From assembly GCA_004431415.1 (NCBI GenBank), contig QPMI01000214.1:87651-151650 (forward strand): 64,000 nt of DNA. Reading direction: 5' to 3'. The stretch comes from Cyanophora paradoxa CCMP329. Lineage: Eukaryota; Plantae; Glaucophyta. The notes beneath the pieces are model-generated. The model saw nothing but the letters and a program-made list of their open reading frames with translations, did not search any database and was not told the origin of the DNA. The translations under genes and the position numbers were made by a program. This document shows positions 1 to 11,364 of this stretch, one piece after another. Each line of letters starts with the position of its first letter. The stretch's first letter is position 1.

Positions 1-941
1 GGATCTTAGCGCCCACAACTTCCGCCTCCCCGAATACAACAGCCTCCAAGACCAGAACCTGCGTAGCTACTTCGGCAACAGGAGGGTGCAGCAGATTCTA
101 CACAAGCACGGTCTAGTGCGTCAGAGCTCGTACATCGGCCACCGCCGCCATGCGGCAACGCCCTCTTGACGCCTGTGCTAAACTCGACCGTCCGCGCGTT
201 CAGATCGACCGGGATGGGCGGGTTCTGGACGTGGAGAAGGCGAAGAGCAAGATCTTCATCATTGAGCAGGAGTTCAAGAACGCGGAGAAGGCCGAGCAGC
301 TGCGAATCAAGGAAGAGGAAGAACTGAGGGTCCGCCGCCACATCCGAGATGATGTCGCGCCCGTGTCGAGTCGCCCTCGCAGAGGCGAATTCAAATCAAG
401 CGGCACGAGGCACTGGAGGACACACGGCGAGCGGAGCGGCTAGCGCGGATGAAGGTGCGCGGATGCGGGGCGCCGGGGGCCGAGTGCGTGCCGCGCGTCG
501 AGTCGGCGTGCCGCAGGAGGAGGCGCGACAAAGGCGAGAAATTATCCAGTCAATGTCAATGTTCCGCTACGGGCTCGAGCACTCCAAGTTCCGCACCGAG
601 GCGCCCCCGGCCGCCAAGGTGCTGCGCCACGCGCAGGGCGACGGGCAGGGCGTGACGGAGCGGCAGAGGGTGGGCGAGCACGAGCCGGCGCGGGGGTCGG
701 GAAGCGGGGCGGAGGAGGGGCAGGCGCTGGGGACGGAGGAGGACATTCTCGAGGCGCTGCTGCGCGAGGGCTTCGACCGGTGCGCGGCCCTTCCCCGCCC
801 CGCCCGGCCGGCCCGGGACGAGGCGGGGCGGGGCGCAGGGCGCGGGTCGGGGGCGACGAGGACGAGGAGGACCTGGAGGCGCGCTACGGGAAGGACTACG
901 CCGGCCTCGGCGACTTCCTCGTCAAGACGGAGAAAGAGTAG
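1..941 (+). CDS. 5'-truncated spliced gene; conserved protein with an ERICH3/FSIP2-like N-terminal motif (probably cilium-associated)
   Basis: Spliced reading FRLPEYNSLQDQNLRSYFGNRRVQQILHKHGL|IDRDGRVLDVEKAKSKIFIIEQEFK resembles the YNSLxDxxLxxYFxNxRxxxxLxxxGLIxRxGRIL motif of ERICH3 (recalled, not searched). Last exon EDLEARYGKDYAGLGDFLVKTEKE*, TAG at 939-941. Confidence 0.6.
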
Positions 942-1587
942 CCGCCTCCTTCCAATGCAGCCAGCCGCTACAATCAAGATGTGCTGCTAGCTAGCCGCTA
1001 GCGAACATCACGTGTCACGATCAAATGCAGACAGCCGCAGACAGCTCTTGGAAGGGGCCCGTCGAGTCGCGGCGTCGACGTCGCGACGCCGACGACTCGG
1101 CGACGACCACCACCGCGGCCGTGTGCTACTAATTATAATACTACCATGCAGCAGGCTCTGAGGTTATGATCGTGCATTAATTTGTTCAGTGTAGCTGCCG
1201 ATCATCTCGATCATTGGATCACTGAGTCGACGACATGACTCAGTGAGCCGCGCTGAGCTTATATAATTCAAGATGATTAGCTATAGCGGCGCCGCCGCGG
1301 CGTGGCCGGGCTGATCGAGAAATATTAATGTACAAACTTTGAAAGCTGATAATGAGCGGCGCCCGAAGTCCATATGCATCGATATCGCCAGCAATAAAGT
1401 ACACCGAGGGTCCGACCGGCGACGGTCAGGGCCCCCGGGGAGAGACTCGAGACACTGAGTGACGTGATATTCCAGGTCCCCGGGCCCCGCCCCGGGGCCC
1501 CGAAGGCGAACGCGCTGTCAAGACCGGACTTTGTTCTCCGGATCCCGAGGAGCTCCGGACCCGGGAATTGAGGCCGCCGGACTAGCG

Positions 1588-4500
1588 CTAGAGTCGGGCT
1601 CGCGTCACGCCGACCTGGGAGGGCGAGGTTGGGCACGTGAGGCGGGTGGGGGAAGAAGGCGGGCGGGATAAGAGGAGGAGGAGGAGGGGGGGAGGGGGGG
1701 GAGGGGGGAGGGGGGGGGGGGGAGGGGGGAGGGGGGGGAGAGGGGGGGGGAGGAGGGAGGCGCACGCGATTGAGGTAGTGCTGCAAAAATGGTAGATCGA
1801 GGTGGCGCATGAGAAAGTCGAAAGAGGGCGGGAATGGGAATGGAAGGGAAGCTCGGTCGAGGCACCTCGAAGGGGTCACCCTGGGCCTTCCCCAGCGGGG
1901 CGTTGAGCAGCTCGTCGGGGACTGCGCGCGCTGGCACGTCAGCGGCGCGCTCGCGCGGGAGGGGGGCGTGGAGGGGAGGAGGGGAGCGGGGGGAGGGAGG
2001 GGCGGGGGGTCCGGCGGGCGGGCGGGGGGTCGGGCGCACTGCCCCAGGCGTCGATGAGGTCGAGGGCGCTGACGCGAACCTCGCGGCAGAGGGCCACCAC
2101 CTGCCGCCGCACCTCCTTGCCCCGCCCCCGCGTCAGGAACTCGTGCGCCCGGAACGAGCCTGCGCGGCTCCCCTGCGTGAGCCGCCCACGCAGAGCGGCG
2201 CGAGGCGGGGACGGGGCAGACCGAGGTCCGAGTCGATGCGGGAGAGGGCGTAAAGGTCGCAGAGGGCCTTCAGGACCGGCCGGCACTCGGGCGGCGCCCC
2301 GCGGACGGCGGCCTGGAACTGCTCGAGGATAACCCGCTCGACGTGCGCCTGCGCCGCCTCCAGCAGGTGGCCCAGGCACTCGTTCCAAGCCTGCGCGCAT
2401 GCGTAGCGCGCCCGGCGGGGCCCGCTCAGCCGCCGCCCAAGCCTAGACTGGAACGGCAGGCGCTGGGAGGCAAGGGGGCTCGCGGACCTCGAAGAAGCCG
2501 AGGCCGGCGGCGGTGCGCTTGCGGAGGCGCAGGGCCGCCGTGTGCACCAGCCGCCCCTCCCGGAAGCCGAACGCCGCCAGCTGCCGCCCCCGGCCCCCTC
2601 AGCGCTCCCAGAATTCGCGAAACGCAGCGGGGCTGGCACCTGGTAGGCGGGGTCCGAGAGGTCCCCAGCGGCGTCCACGGGCCGGTGCTCCATCGCCCAC
2701 ACCCGCACCTGCCGCCTGTCAGGGGCCTTCCCCCCCGGCGCCCTGTCGCCCCCCGCAGACCGCGTGGCCGACGTAGGCGAGCGCGCCGCTCACGCCCCGC
2801 CCCGCGCGGCGCCGGTACTCGGTAAGGAGCGCCTTTGCGACCTGCTGCATGAGGACCGTGTTGTCCCCCTCGCTGCCGCCCCGCGCGCATCAGGGCGGCG
2901 ACGGGCAGCGAGGGCGGGGGGGCGAGGGGCGGACAACGTCGTGAAGATGTCGTGGTCGTTGCGGAGCGTCCCGATCCGGTTGTACGCGCTGTACCCGTGC
3001 CCACCTGCGCCGCCCCGCGTGAGGGCTCCCAGGGGATCGGAGTGGCGGGGGCTTGTACCGCAAGCCTCCCGGCACACCTGCGCCGCCCCGCGTGAGGGCT
3101 CCCGGGGGACCGGAGTGGCGGGGGCGTGGTGGCGGGGGCGGGGGCGGGCCTGGAGGGCCTTGGCGGTGTGGGAGGTGATGTGGGCCTTGAGGCCGGCCGA
3201 GAGGGCGTGCACCTCCGCCGCGTCCCCCGCCCCCCGCTCTGTCTCCGCCACCCCCGCTCGCCCCCCCGGCGCCGGGCGGGGCCGGGCCGGGCCGGGCGGG
3301 GCACCGGTGTAGCGGCGGACGAGGTAGCGCGCGGCGCTGCGCAACGATGTCGCGGTCGCTGCGGGCGCTGGCGGCGAGCATCGAAACCAAAAGCTGCGCA
3401 CAAGTCATGCGCGTAGGCAGCCGCGAGGAGCGGCATCAGCTTGATCTGCTGCGTCTGGTAGTCCAGCACCGCTGCGCCCCGCGACCGTCAGCGCCCCGCC
3501 CCGCGGCGCCGGGCGGGCGGGCGGACAGATCTCGGGGCCGGTGGGGGGCCCGAACTGGCGGCGGGCGGCGCCGTAGCGGATGGCGATGGCGGTGGCGAGG
3601 CGGAGGACGGCGACGGAGCCCATGGCGAGGCCGACGCGCCCGCCCGTGAGCTCCCCAACAACAGCTCCAAATCGCTTCTCGGCGTTGGGGATCGGCGTCT
3701 TGTACACGCCGGCCTCCGAGACGCCCCCGAAGCGGTCCAGCAGCGCCTCCCGCGGCACCCGCACCCGCTCGAACCGCATCCACCCGTTGTCCACCCCGTT
3801 GAGCCCTACCTTCGGCCTGCCGCGCCCGCCGCCGCGTCGGCCGGGGCGCTCGAGCGCAGAGGCGGGGGTCTGGGGCGCGCCCGCAGTCGCCGATGGTGAC
3901 GCCGGGGAGGGTCTTGCCCGTGTCGGGGTCCCGCAGCGGCACCAGGATCGCGTGCACGCCCTGCGCCCCGCCCGCTCGCCACCGCCGTCGCCCCGCCCGG
4001 CCCCGCGCAGGGCGCGCCGCGCACGTGGTCTTCCCCCCCGACGAGGAGCCTGAGCGCACAGGGGCTGTTGACGCGGCGCTGCCAGGGAGCGGCGGGGCGG
4101 GGCGCCGTACCGTGCAAACACCGTCGCCATCAGCCCGTGCGCTGCCGCCCCGACCCCGGGTCACACGCCGCCCCGCAGCGCTCGCGATCGGGCGCAGGGC
4201 GCACTCGCGGCGTTCCCGATCCACCTGCGGACGAACGCTTAGGTCAGGCAACTGCAAGGAGCCGGGGGCGGGGGGAGGGGGGGGGGGGGGGGGGTGAAGC
4301 TGGCTTGCGGCCCTCCCTTTTCCGTGGGCAGCCGCACCACTTCAAGGCGGAATCGTTCGGAGTGTGGACGACGAACTCGCGCGCCGCGGAGTCCCACGCA
4401 GCGGTCGTCTCGATACCACGGACGTTTGACCCGTGGCTGCCGCCCCTTGGACTCAGCGCCCCGGCCCGGGGGGCGGCGATTGCGGAGGCCGGAAGCTACC

Positions 4501-5502
4501 CGAGCTCCCTGCGGCGAGGTGCATGAGGCGGACGGCGACGGCAATCGCAGGCGGGGGCGCAGCAGAATCGCAGGCGGATGCGCACGTCATGGCAAAGCAG
4601 CCCGGGAGGTCAATCTTGTCGATCAGGTCTAGCAGCTGCGTGGGAAGGGGGCTCAGGGTCAGCCGCCGCCCGCCCGGCCCGCCACACGCGCTCGCAGGGC
4701 GTTCGCGGCGCCACCTTAGCGTGGTGCATCTGCGGCCGCGGGAGGGCGCACGTGAGCGCAAGATGCCGCCGGGGTGGGCAGGGCGCGGACCTCGGTGCCG
4801 AGGTTGAGGACGGAGCCGCCCCAGAGGCTGAACTGCACTCCCGTCTTGATCACTGCGCATGCGCGAACGTGAGCGCACCTCGAGCCGCACAAGCACGTCG
4901 GGACCTTCTTACGTGCCCAGGCTCAGATCAAAGTAGCACACGCCCTGCGTTCTCTCTGCTCAGCAGGTGCACCCGCGCGGCCCGGGCTTGCGGATGGCGC
5001 CGCGCCGGCGGGCATTGGGGGCGGCGGGCAGGCAGGCGGGCCGCGCCTCGAAAGCGGCGAAGTAGCGAGCCGGCTTGTTCTTAAGGTCGCGCACCTGCGG
5101 CCCGCGTGTTGAGGAAGGGGGGGCCCGAGCGGCGTTTAAGCCGCACCCTAAGGAAACCGTTCTTTGCAAGAACGCGGAGCTGCTGGAGAACGCGCTCCCT
5201 GTGGGCCTCTTTGTTCGATTCAACATCGAAGCAAAAGACTGGATCGCTGCGCTGCCGTAAGTCTCACATCGCTGCGCCCGCCGAAGGCGCGCGCGCGCGC
5301 GCGCCTACGAATCAGGTCTATGACCCGCCGGCGGGTTTCCACGATTTCCGGGTCTGCACCGAGCAGATATGTCTTCAATACCTGCGTCATAAGACGATCG
5401 CGCGTCACAGATGAGCGCGCGGGCCGCGGCGTTGGTATTCACCGACTGCCAATTCGCTTTGCTGCCGCCGCTGGGACCGGCCGAGCGAGAAGGACGCGAC
5501 AT
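1588..5502 (-). CDS. ACX: Peroxisomal acyl-CoA oxidase (multi-exon)
   Basis: Exonic motifs [93 protein letters not shown]. Spliced C-terminus ...HYLNR|VGVTRARL* ends in the PTS1 tripeptide ARL (stop at 1588-1590). Start approximate. Confidence 0.95.
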
Positions 5503-5774
5503 CTTGCGCGTACGTGACTTGTAGAGCTACGGGCGAGCTTCTCGAGCGAGATCTCTTCTACGGGCGCAACCGCTGACGGATATCAGGCTCGGATCGGCTG
5601 AGCGGATCGATACAGATCGCCTGTGTAGAGAGAAAGTAGGACGGGCCACGGAGAGCAGATCGCCAGTAAAATGGGAAAGCGGCCAGCGACGAGCTTAAGT
5701 ACCAGTGAGGACTCGCTCGTACCCCACTCGAGGCCCTCGTCGCCCCTCGAGTCGCCAACGCCGCACCGCGCGCG

Positions 5775-8583
5775 ATGGAGTGCCGGATTGCGGCATTCTT
5801 GACGGGTCTCGGCTGCCAAGGCTGCGCAAATCGGGCCCCGCTGCGATTTGCGCCACCAGCAGCTCCGACTGAGGAACAGAGGAACAGATCACGTGCACGT
5901 ATACGGCAAGGCCTCTCGAGGACATCGAGGACATTCACGTACGCGCCGGTTTGGCACGGGCATTCACGTTCGTACGCGACCGTCTCCCGGCTGCTGGGCC
6001 CGCTGCGCCCCGCGCGGCGCGGAGATGCACCTGAGCTGCCGGACGACGCGCTGCATGAAGAGGGCGGGACCGAGGGGTTGCTGGAGAGCGCCGGCCTGTC
6101 CCCCGCCGAAATCGCGTGCCTGGACGAGGTTGCGAGGCGGGCGCCGGCGGACGTCCTGCGGGTCCTGTACGAGCACATCGAGCCCTACGCGCCCGCAGCT
6201 GCAGAGCTGCAGCTCTCCGGGCTGCGGCTCATGAGCTTTCGGGACTTTCTCGTCGAGAAGCGCGAGGCGAGCGGCAACTGCCTCCGCACCCTCTCCCTCC
6301 TCGTGCCGCCCCGCCCCCGGCTCCCTCGCCGCCGCAGCTATCCGACGGCGTGCGCCTCGCAGCATTCTGCGGGGGTCGACGCGGCGGGGCTCGACAAGGC
6401 GCGCGGCGCGCGGCTCCGCCTGGCGGGCGGGGGCGGGTGACGCGGCGCGCAGCTGCTGTCGACGTGCGCGGAGCTCTCCGACTTCACCGGCTCGGGCCTC
6501 GCCGCCGTGCGTCCTCTACGCCGCCCCCGCCGGGCGCAGCGCGGGGCGCGGGGCGCACGGGACGGGGGCCGCAGAGCGACGTGGAGGCGCTGCTGGAGAC
6601 CCTGCGCGGGCCCGTGGGCCTCGCCGGCCCCGAGCCGGCCCGCCTCCTCTGCTCCAGGCCCGCCCTCCTCCCCGCCGCGCCCCGCCTCCCCGCCACCGTC
6701 GACGCCCTCCGAGTCCGCCCCGCCGCCCTATCTCCATCGCCGGCCTCGCGCACTGCGGCCGACGCCCCGCGGCAGGCGGGCGGCCTGCAGGGCCCTCTGC
6801 TGCGCGCCGCGGCGCTCCGCCTCCCCTCCATCCTCCTCCTTGAGCCGGCGCAGGCCCGCCAGCCGCCCCCGCCGGCCGGCCCCGGCCCTCGCCGCCGGCC
6901 GACGCTCGGGGGGCCGGCAGGCGGGGGCGGTGCTTGCGTTCCTGGCCGAGGAGGTGTACCCGGAGGCGGAGGGGGCGGGGGCGGCCTTTGCGGCGCGCTG
7001 GCCGGCGGTGCTCGGGCTGAGCGTCGACCGCGTCCTCCGCCCCAAGCTCCGCTGGCTCGCCCTCAATGGCTTCTCGACAACCGTGCCCCGCCCCGCCCCG
7101 CGACCCCCCGGCGCCCGATCCCAGCGAGGCAGGACCTGTGGCGCGCCCCGGGCTACTTCGCCGCCTCCCTCTCAGGCCGCGTGGCGCCGCGCTGCGCGTA
7201 CCTGCGGGCCCTGCGCGCGGCGGCCGGGGAGGCGGGGCGGGAGGCGGGGGCGGTGGCGCCGCTGGAGGACCTGGTCTCGCTCTCGGACGGGGAGCTGGCG
7301 GCCCGCTACTCGTTCCTCCTCCGCGACTTCGCCCGCTTCCGCCGCGCCCGCGAGAAGCTCGACGGCGCCCGCCGCGTCCGCCGCTTCCTCACGGCCCGCC
7401 CCCGCCCCCTCCGCCCCCTCGCCGCCCCCGCTGAGGTGGTCCGCGCAGGAGCTGGGCCTCTCGGAAGAGGAGGCGGAGGAGGCGCTGCGGCGGCGGCCGT
7501 CGCTGGCGGCGGCGTCGGTCGGGCAGGAGCTCTCCCCCGTGCGGGCCCTCCTGGAGGCGGCCGGCCTCGCGCGCGCCGACATCGCCGCCGCCGCGCGCCG
7601 CTTCCCCGCGGCGCTGCGGTGCTACGGGGCGGGCGGGGCGTGCCGCAGCCGCAGGGCGAGGCGCTCCACTTCCTCCAGAGGCGCCCCGCCCGCCCCCCGC
7701 CCCCGCCCCGCCGCGCTGAGGGCCGGCAGCGTGCTGGGGCTGCGGGGGGAGCGGCTGGCGCGCGTCGTGGCGCGCTTCCCGCAGGCGCTGACGCTGGCGC
7801 GGGAGACGCTGGAGGGGAAGGCGGAGTTCTTCCTCGACGCCGGCCTCTCCCGGGCGCAGCTCGGAGACATGGTCGCCACCTACCCCAACCTCCTCGGCCC
7901 GCCCCCGCCCCCGCCCCGCCCCCCGAGGCCCCGCTGACGCCCCCGCAGGCTTCTCCGTGGCCGGCTCGCTGGCGCCGAAGGCGGCGGCGCTGGCGGAGGA
8001 GGCGGCGTACGGGGGCGGCCTGCGCGCGGCCGTCGCCTTCCCCCAGTTCTTCTCCCTCTCCCTCGAGGAGCGCATCGCCCCGCGCCTCGCCTTCCTCCAC
8101 GCCACCGGCCGCGCCGGCTCCGTACCCCTCAAGGCACCCCACCCCCTCCCCCTCCGCCCCGCCCCGCCCCGCCCCGCCCACGGCTGTCGCAGCGCGTCCT
8201 CGACTGCAGCGACGAGCGGTTCGCAAGCACCATCGCCCGAGCGCCCCTCGAGGGTGCCCTCCTCCCCCCTCCCCCTTCCCCCCCTTTCTTCCCCCCTCCC
8301 CCGCCCCGCCGCCGACGCGCCGGCAGAGTACCTGCGCTTCCGGGAGGAGCACCGCTCGCAGCGCCTCCGCGCCGCCGCCCTCTCTGCCGCTCCCGCCGGC
8401 GCCCCGCCCCACGACCCGGCGGCGCCTTCCCCGCATCCAGACGCGGAGCGGGCGGGGGCGGGGAAGGGGCTGCAGGCGGGAGGCGCTGATCAGGAGGGCG
8501 AGGCCGAGGATGAGCTGCCGGATTGCGAGGCGCCCCAGCCCCGGCGCCGCCGCGGCCGCCCGCCCCGCGCCCGCTCCCTGTAG
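5775..8583 (+). CDS. mTERF: mTERF-family protein with N-terminal organellar targeting extension
   Basis: Repeated mTERF-like motifs WPAVLGLSVDRVLRPKLRWL, APGYFAASLSGRVAPRCAYL, VARFPQALTLARETLEGKAEFFLDAGL, MVATYPNLLG|FSVAGSLAPK, FPQFFSLSLEERIAPRLAFL; Arg/Ala/Ser-rich N-terminus starting MECRIAAF. Confidence 0.88.
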
Positions 8584-8799
8584 ACCCCGCCTCCCGGAGT
8601 CGTCCCCCGACCCCTTTCGCAATTGGAATACGGCTCGAGCTGCTCGCAATCGAGGCGCCCCGCCGCGGCCAACCGCCCATGGCCACGCCGCCCCCTGCCC
8701 CGTCGATCGCGACAACCGTGGCAACCCTCCGCATGCGCATGCTTGCGCGGGGCGCGCCACCCGCGGCGACGTGCATCTGGATCGCGTCCCCAGGCCAGA

Positions 8800-9502
8800 T
8801 CATGATCATCGGATCTCCGAGGCTTGAGGGCGACCCGCCGATCGCGATCGCGAGTCGAGCCGCTGAGCTCTGAGGCTCGCGATCGCGATCTGCTGGAAGT
8901 CAAGCCCCTGATCAATTGCCGCAGTGCAAAGTCCGACGTCGACGTCGACTCGTCGACCGTCGGACCCCGACCGTACGTACTACTACTACGGTAGCTACTA
9001 GGCTAGTGAATCACTGCCTCAACTTAGAGTCAACTGTGACCGTCACGGCGTCGGACACTCCGTGACCGTGGCTGATCTTGAGTCAAACCCGAAGCTTAAT
9101 ATAAGCTTGAGCCCCGGCGCGCCCAACTTGAATAATTGGCAAATCAATGAGTCAAGGCGGCTCCGAGGCTCGGCGATCCAAATTGATCATGATCGTGAAG
9201 TCCGACGCCGTGATCATGACCAACCAATTGCAGTTAATTATAACGACGGTTCCGGCCGCGGTCCGGAATCCAAGGCCTAGGGCATCATGGCATCTCTTTG
9301 GCAAGCTTATAATTAAGGCCCAAATCATGAGCAAAGAGAGCGTGGGCCGCACTTTGTCACGATCAAATGCAGACGATTGTGCAGATAAAAAGTGGTACAG
9401 CATATACAGAGTCCGCGTTGCATTCTGGACCGCGTATAAAAGTGTCCGTGTGTGACTGGTTCTAGTGGACTGCATTCTGGAGGGGTGACTGGTTCAACGG
9501 TT
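8800..9502. other. Dense cluster of X-C-rc(X)-G-X and X-rc(X)-X micro-insertions
   Basis: Exact 11-mers at 8804 (GAT), 8858 (AGC), 8917 (TGC), 8955 (GAC), 8995 (CTA), 9041 (CGT), 9161 (CTC), 9283 (CAT), 9492 (GTT); 9-mers such as TGATCATGA at 9184 and 9211. Confidence 0.85.
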
Positions 9503-10895
9503 CTAGTGGCCGTGGCCATGGGCGGGCGCGGCGGATCCGGAAGAGCGCTTGGCGGCGAAGGAGAGGTAGACTGCCCATCCAAGCCCGATCGCATCCATCT
9601 TAAATTGGCCGCGCGAATTCGAAAAATCAGGGCCGGCGGGGACGGGGTATGAGGGGCGGGCGGGGCGGGGCGCGCACGTATAGCGCCGTGTAGTGTGAGG
9701 GAACGAACTGCGACGGGCGCGGCGTGGGCCAGGGCGGGGGCAGGAGGGCGGGGGCGGGGCGGCGGGCGCGGACCTTGAAGTTGATGAGCTGGGCGGGGAT
9801 CCAGAGGCCGAGGTCCGCCGCCAGCGTGTGCTTGAACTCGCTCCGCAGCCGCGCCGCCATGAACTGGCCCCGCCCCCCTCAGCCGCCCTGCGGGGGAGGC
9901 AGGCGGGGCAGGCGGGAGGGCGGGCCGGCGGGGCGCACGGCGGGTCCTTTGCCCTCGAGGGCGGACATCAGCACAAAGAAGGCCCACACGGAGAAGGGCG
10001 CGAAGACCGACTCGTCCACGGCGAGCTTGAGCAGCAGGCTCTTGTTGCACGCCACGGGGATGACCTTCTCGAGCCAGTGGTACCAGACTGGCGCGGAACG
10101 GTGAGGTCGCGCGCGAGCCTCGCATCGGCTGGCAAGGCACGCGCGAGGCGTTCCGTCCGTCAGATGCGCACTGTGATGGGAGGGCCCGTTCAGGACGAGG
10201 CCCACCACGGCGAAGCGCCCCACGCGGGGGACGTCCAGCGGGACCCGCACGCTCTGCGCCTCCAGCCACTGGCACGCGACATCACCGACGCTGCAGAACA
10301 CCGCCGCCGTCAGCGCCTTCGTCGTCAGCGGGTACTTCTCCAGCAGCCTGTTATACTCTGCGGCCCTCGTCGGGTCCCGGCCGGGCGCGCGCGCTACGCC
10401 CGGTGCGGCGCGCGGCGCACCTGTGAGCCAGCGGCCGAACCCGCGCTGCGCTTCGATGCTCTCCTCCTCATCGCCGGCATCCGCCGCTTCTTCGTCGCTC
10501 TCGTCGTGACCTCCGAGCCGCACGCGCGGCCGCCCACCGCGACCGCCGGCGCCGCCTCCGCCGCTCTCCTCGAAGGCCGCGAAGTTTCCGGCGTCGGGGC
10601 CAAGCGAGATAGCGGCGCTGTAAGAGACATACTGTCCAATTTTGCGTGGATCGCCACTGTCAACCGAGTCGAGCTCACACTTCGCCGGCCCACAGAAAAA
10701 CCGGGATGTCCGGTCAGAGAGCCTGCGCCGCGGGGCTCGCCTTGTTCGAGCGCTTTGCAATGACAGCTGAGCGAGGATCCGACCCCGCGGGCGGTTCCCC
10801 CCGGCTGCGAAGGCCTGAAGCGCAGCGTGCGCGCGCCCTTCGGTCGCCGCGGCCGGGCCGAAGGGGCTGCTGAACAGCGTCGCGGAACCTTGCAT
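9503..10895 (-). CDS. MPV17: Mpv17/PMP22-family membrane protein with long N-terminal extension
   Basis: YNRLLEKYPLTTKALTAAVFCSVGDVACQ, RVGRFAVVG, WYHWLEK, LKLAVDESVFAP, LWIPAQLINFK|FVP, Y|MDAIGLGWAVYLSF; stop TAG at 9503-9505; transit-peptide-like and Gly/acidic linker upstream. Confidence 0.9.
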
Positions 10896-11364
10896 ATGCT
10901 TTTGGAGATGGTCGGGCGAACCGGCGAGCAAACTGGCGGGCTGCTTCAGGTTTTGGCTCGTCGGTCCGCGAAAAGGCTCGAGGGCGAAAAGGCGAAGGCT
11001 CGAGGGCCTCCTCGACGCGAGCTTCCACGGGCCCGCTAGATCTACTGCGTACACAACTATACCGGTATCAAATTAAAGCCGGGCGACGCGCAGTCTTTAC
11101 GCCCTCTACCCCCGTTTCTCCGAAAGCCGTACCCAGGCGATCTTGTGCATGACTTGCAATTGATGCATGCGCAACCGCTTATGATCATTTGCATGATTGC
11201 CGCACTGCATGATGCAGCCCAATCATCATGGCCCCAATGCGCATGCAGCGCACCCCTACAACTGTCCCCGCGCGCGTTAAAATCCGAATTCGGCCGCGGA
11301 GAGTTTGGGCGAATCAAGTCTTAAGTCGGCACGGATTCAGTTAAGAGCAATAGCTGGACCGCCG

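Noticed and set aside
1670-1760. Poly-G/poly-Pro tract as a Pro-rich protein (also 42230-42390)
   Set aside because: Lies inside an inferred C-rich intron (last intron of ACX).
6116-8827. Very long Arg/Pro/Gly/Ala-rich ORFs (903 aa here; similar at 11305, 30068, 60080)
   Set aside because: Stop-poor read-through of introns or antisense frames in extremely GC-rich DNA; recognisable motifs jump between frames at intron boundaries.
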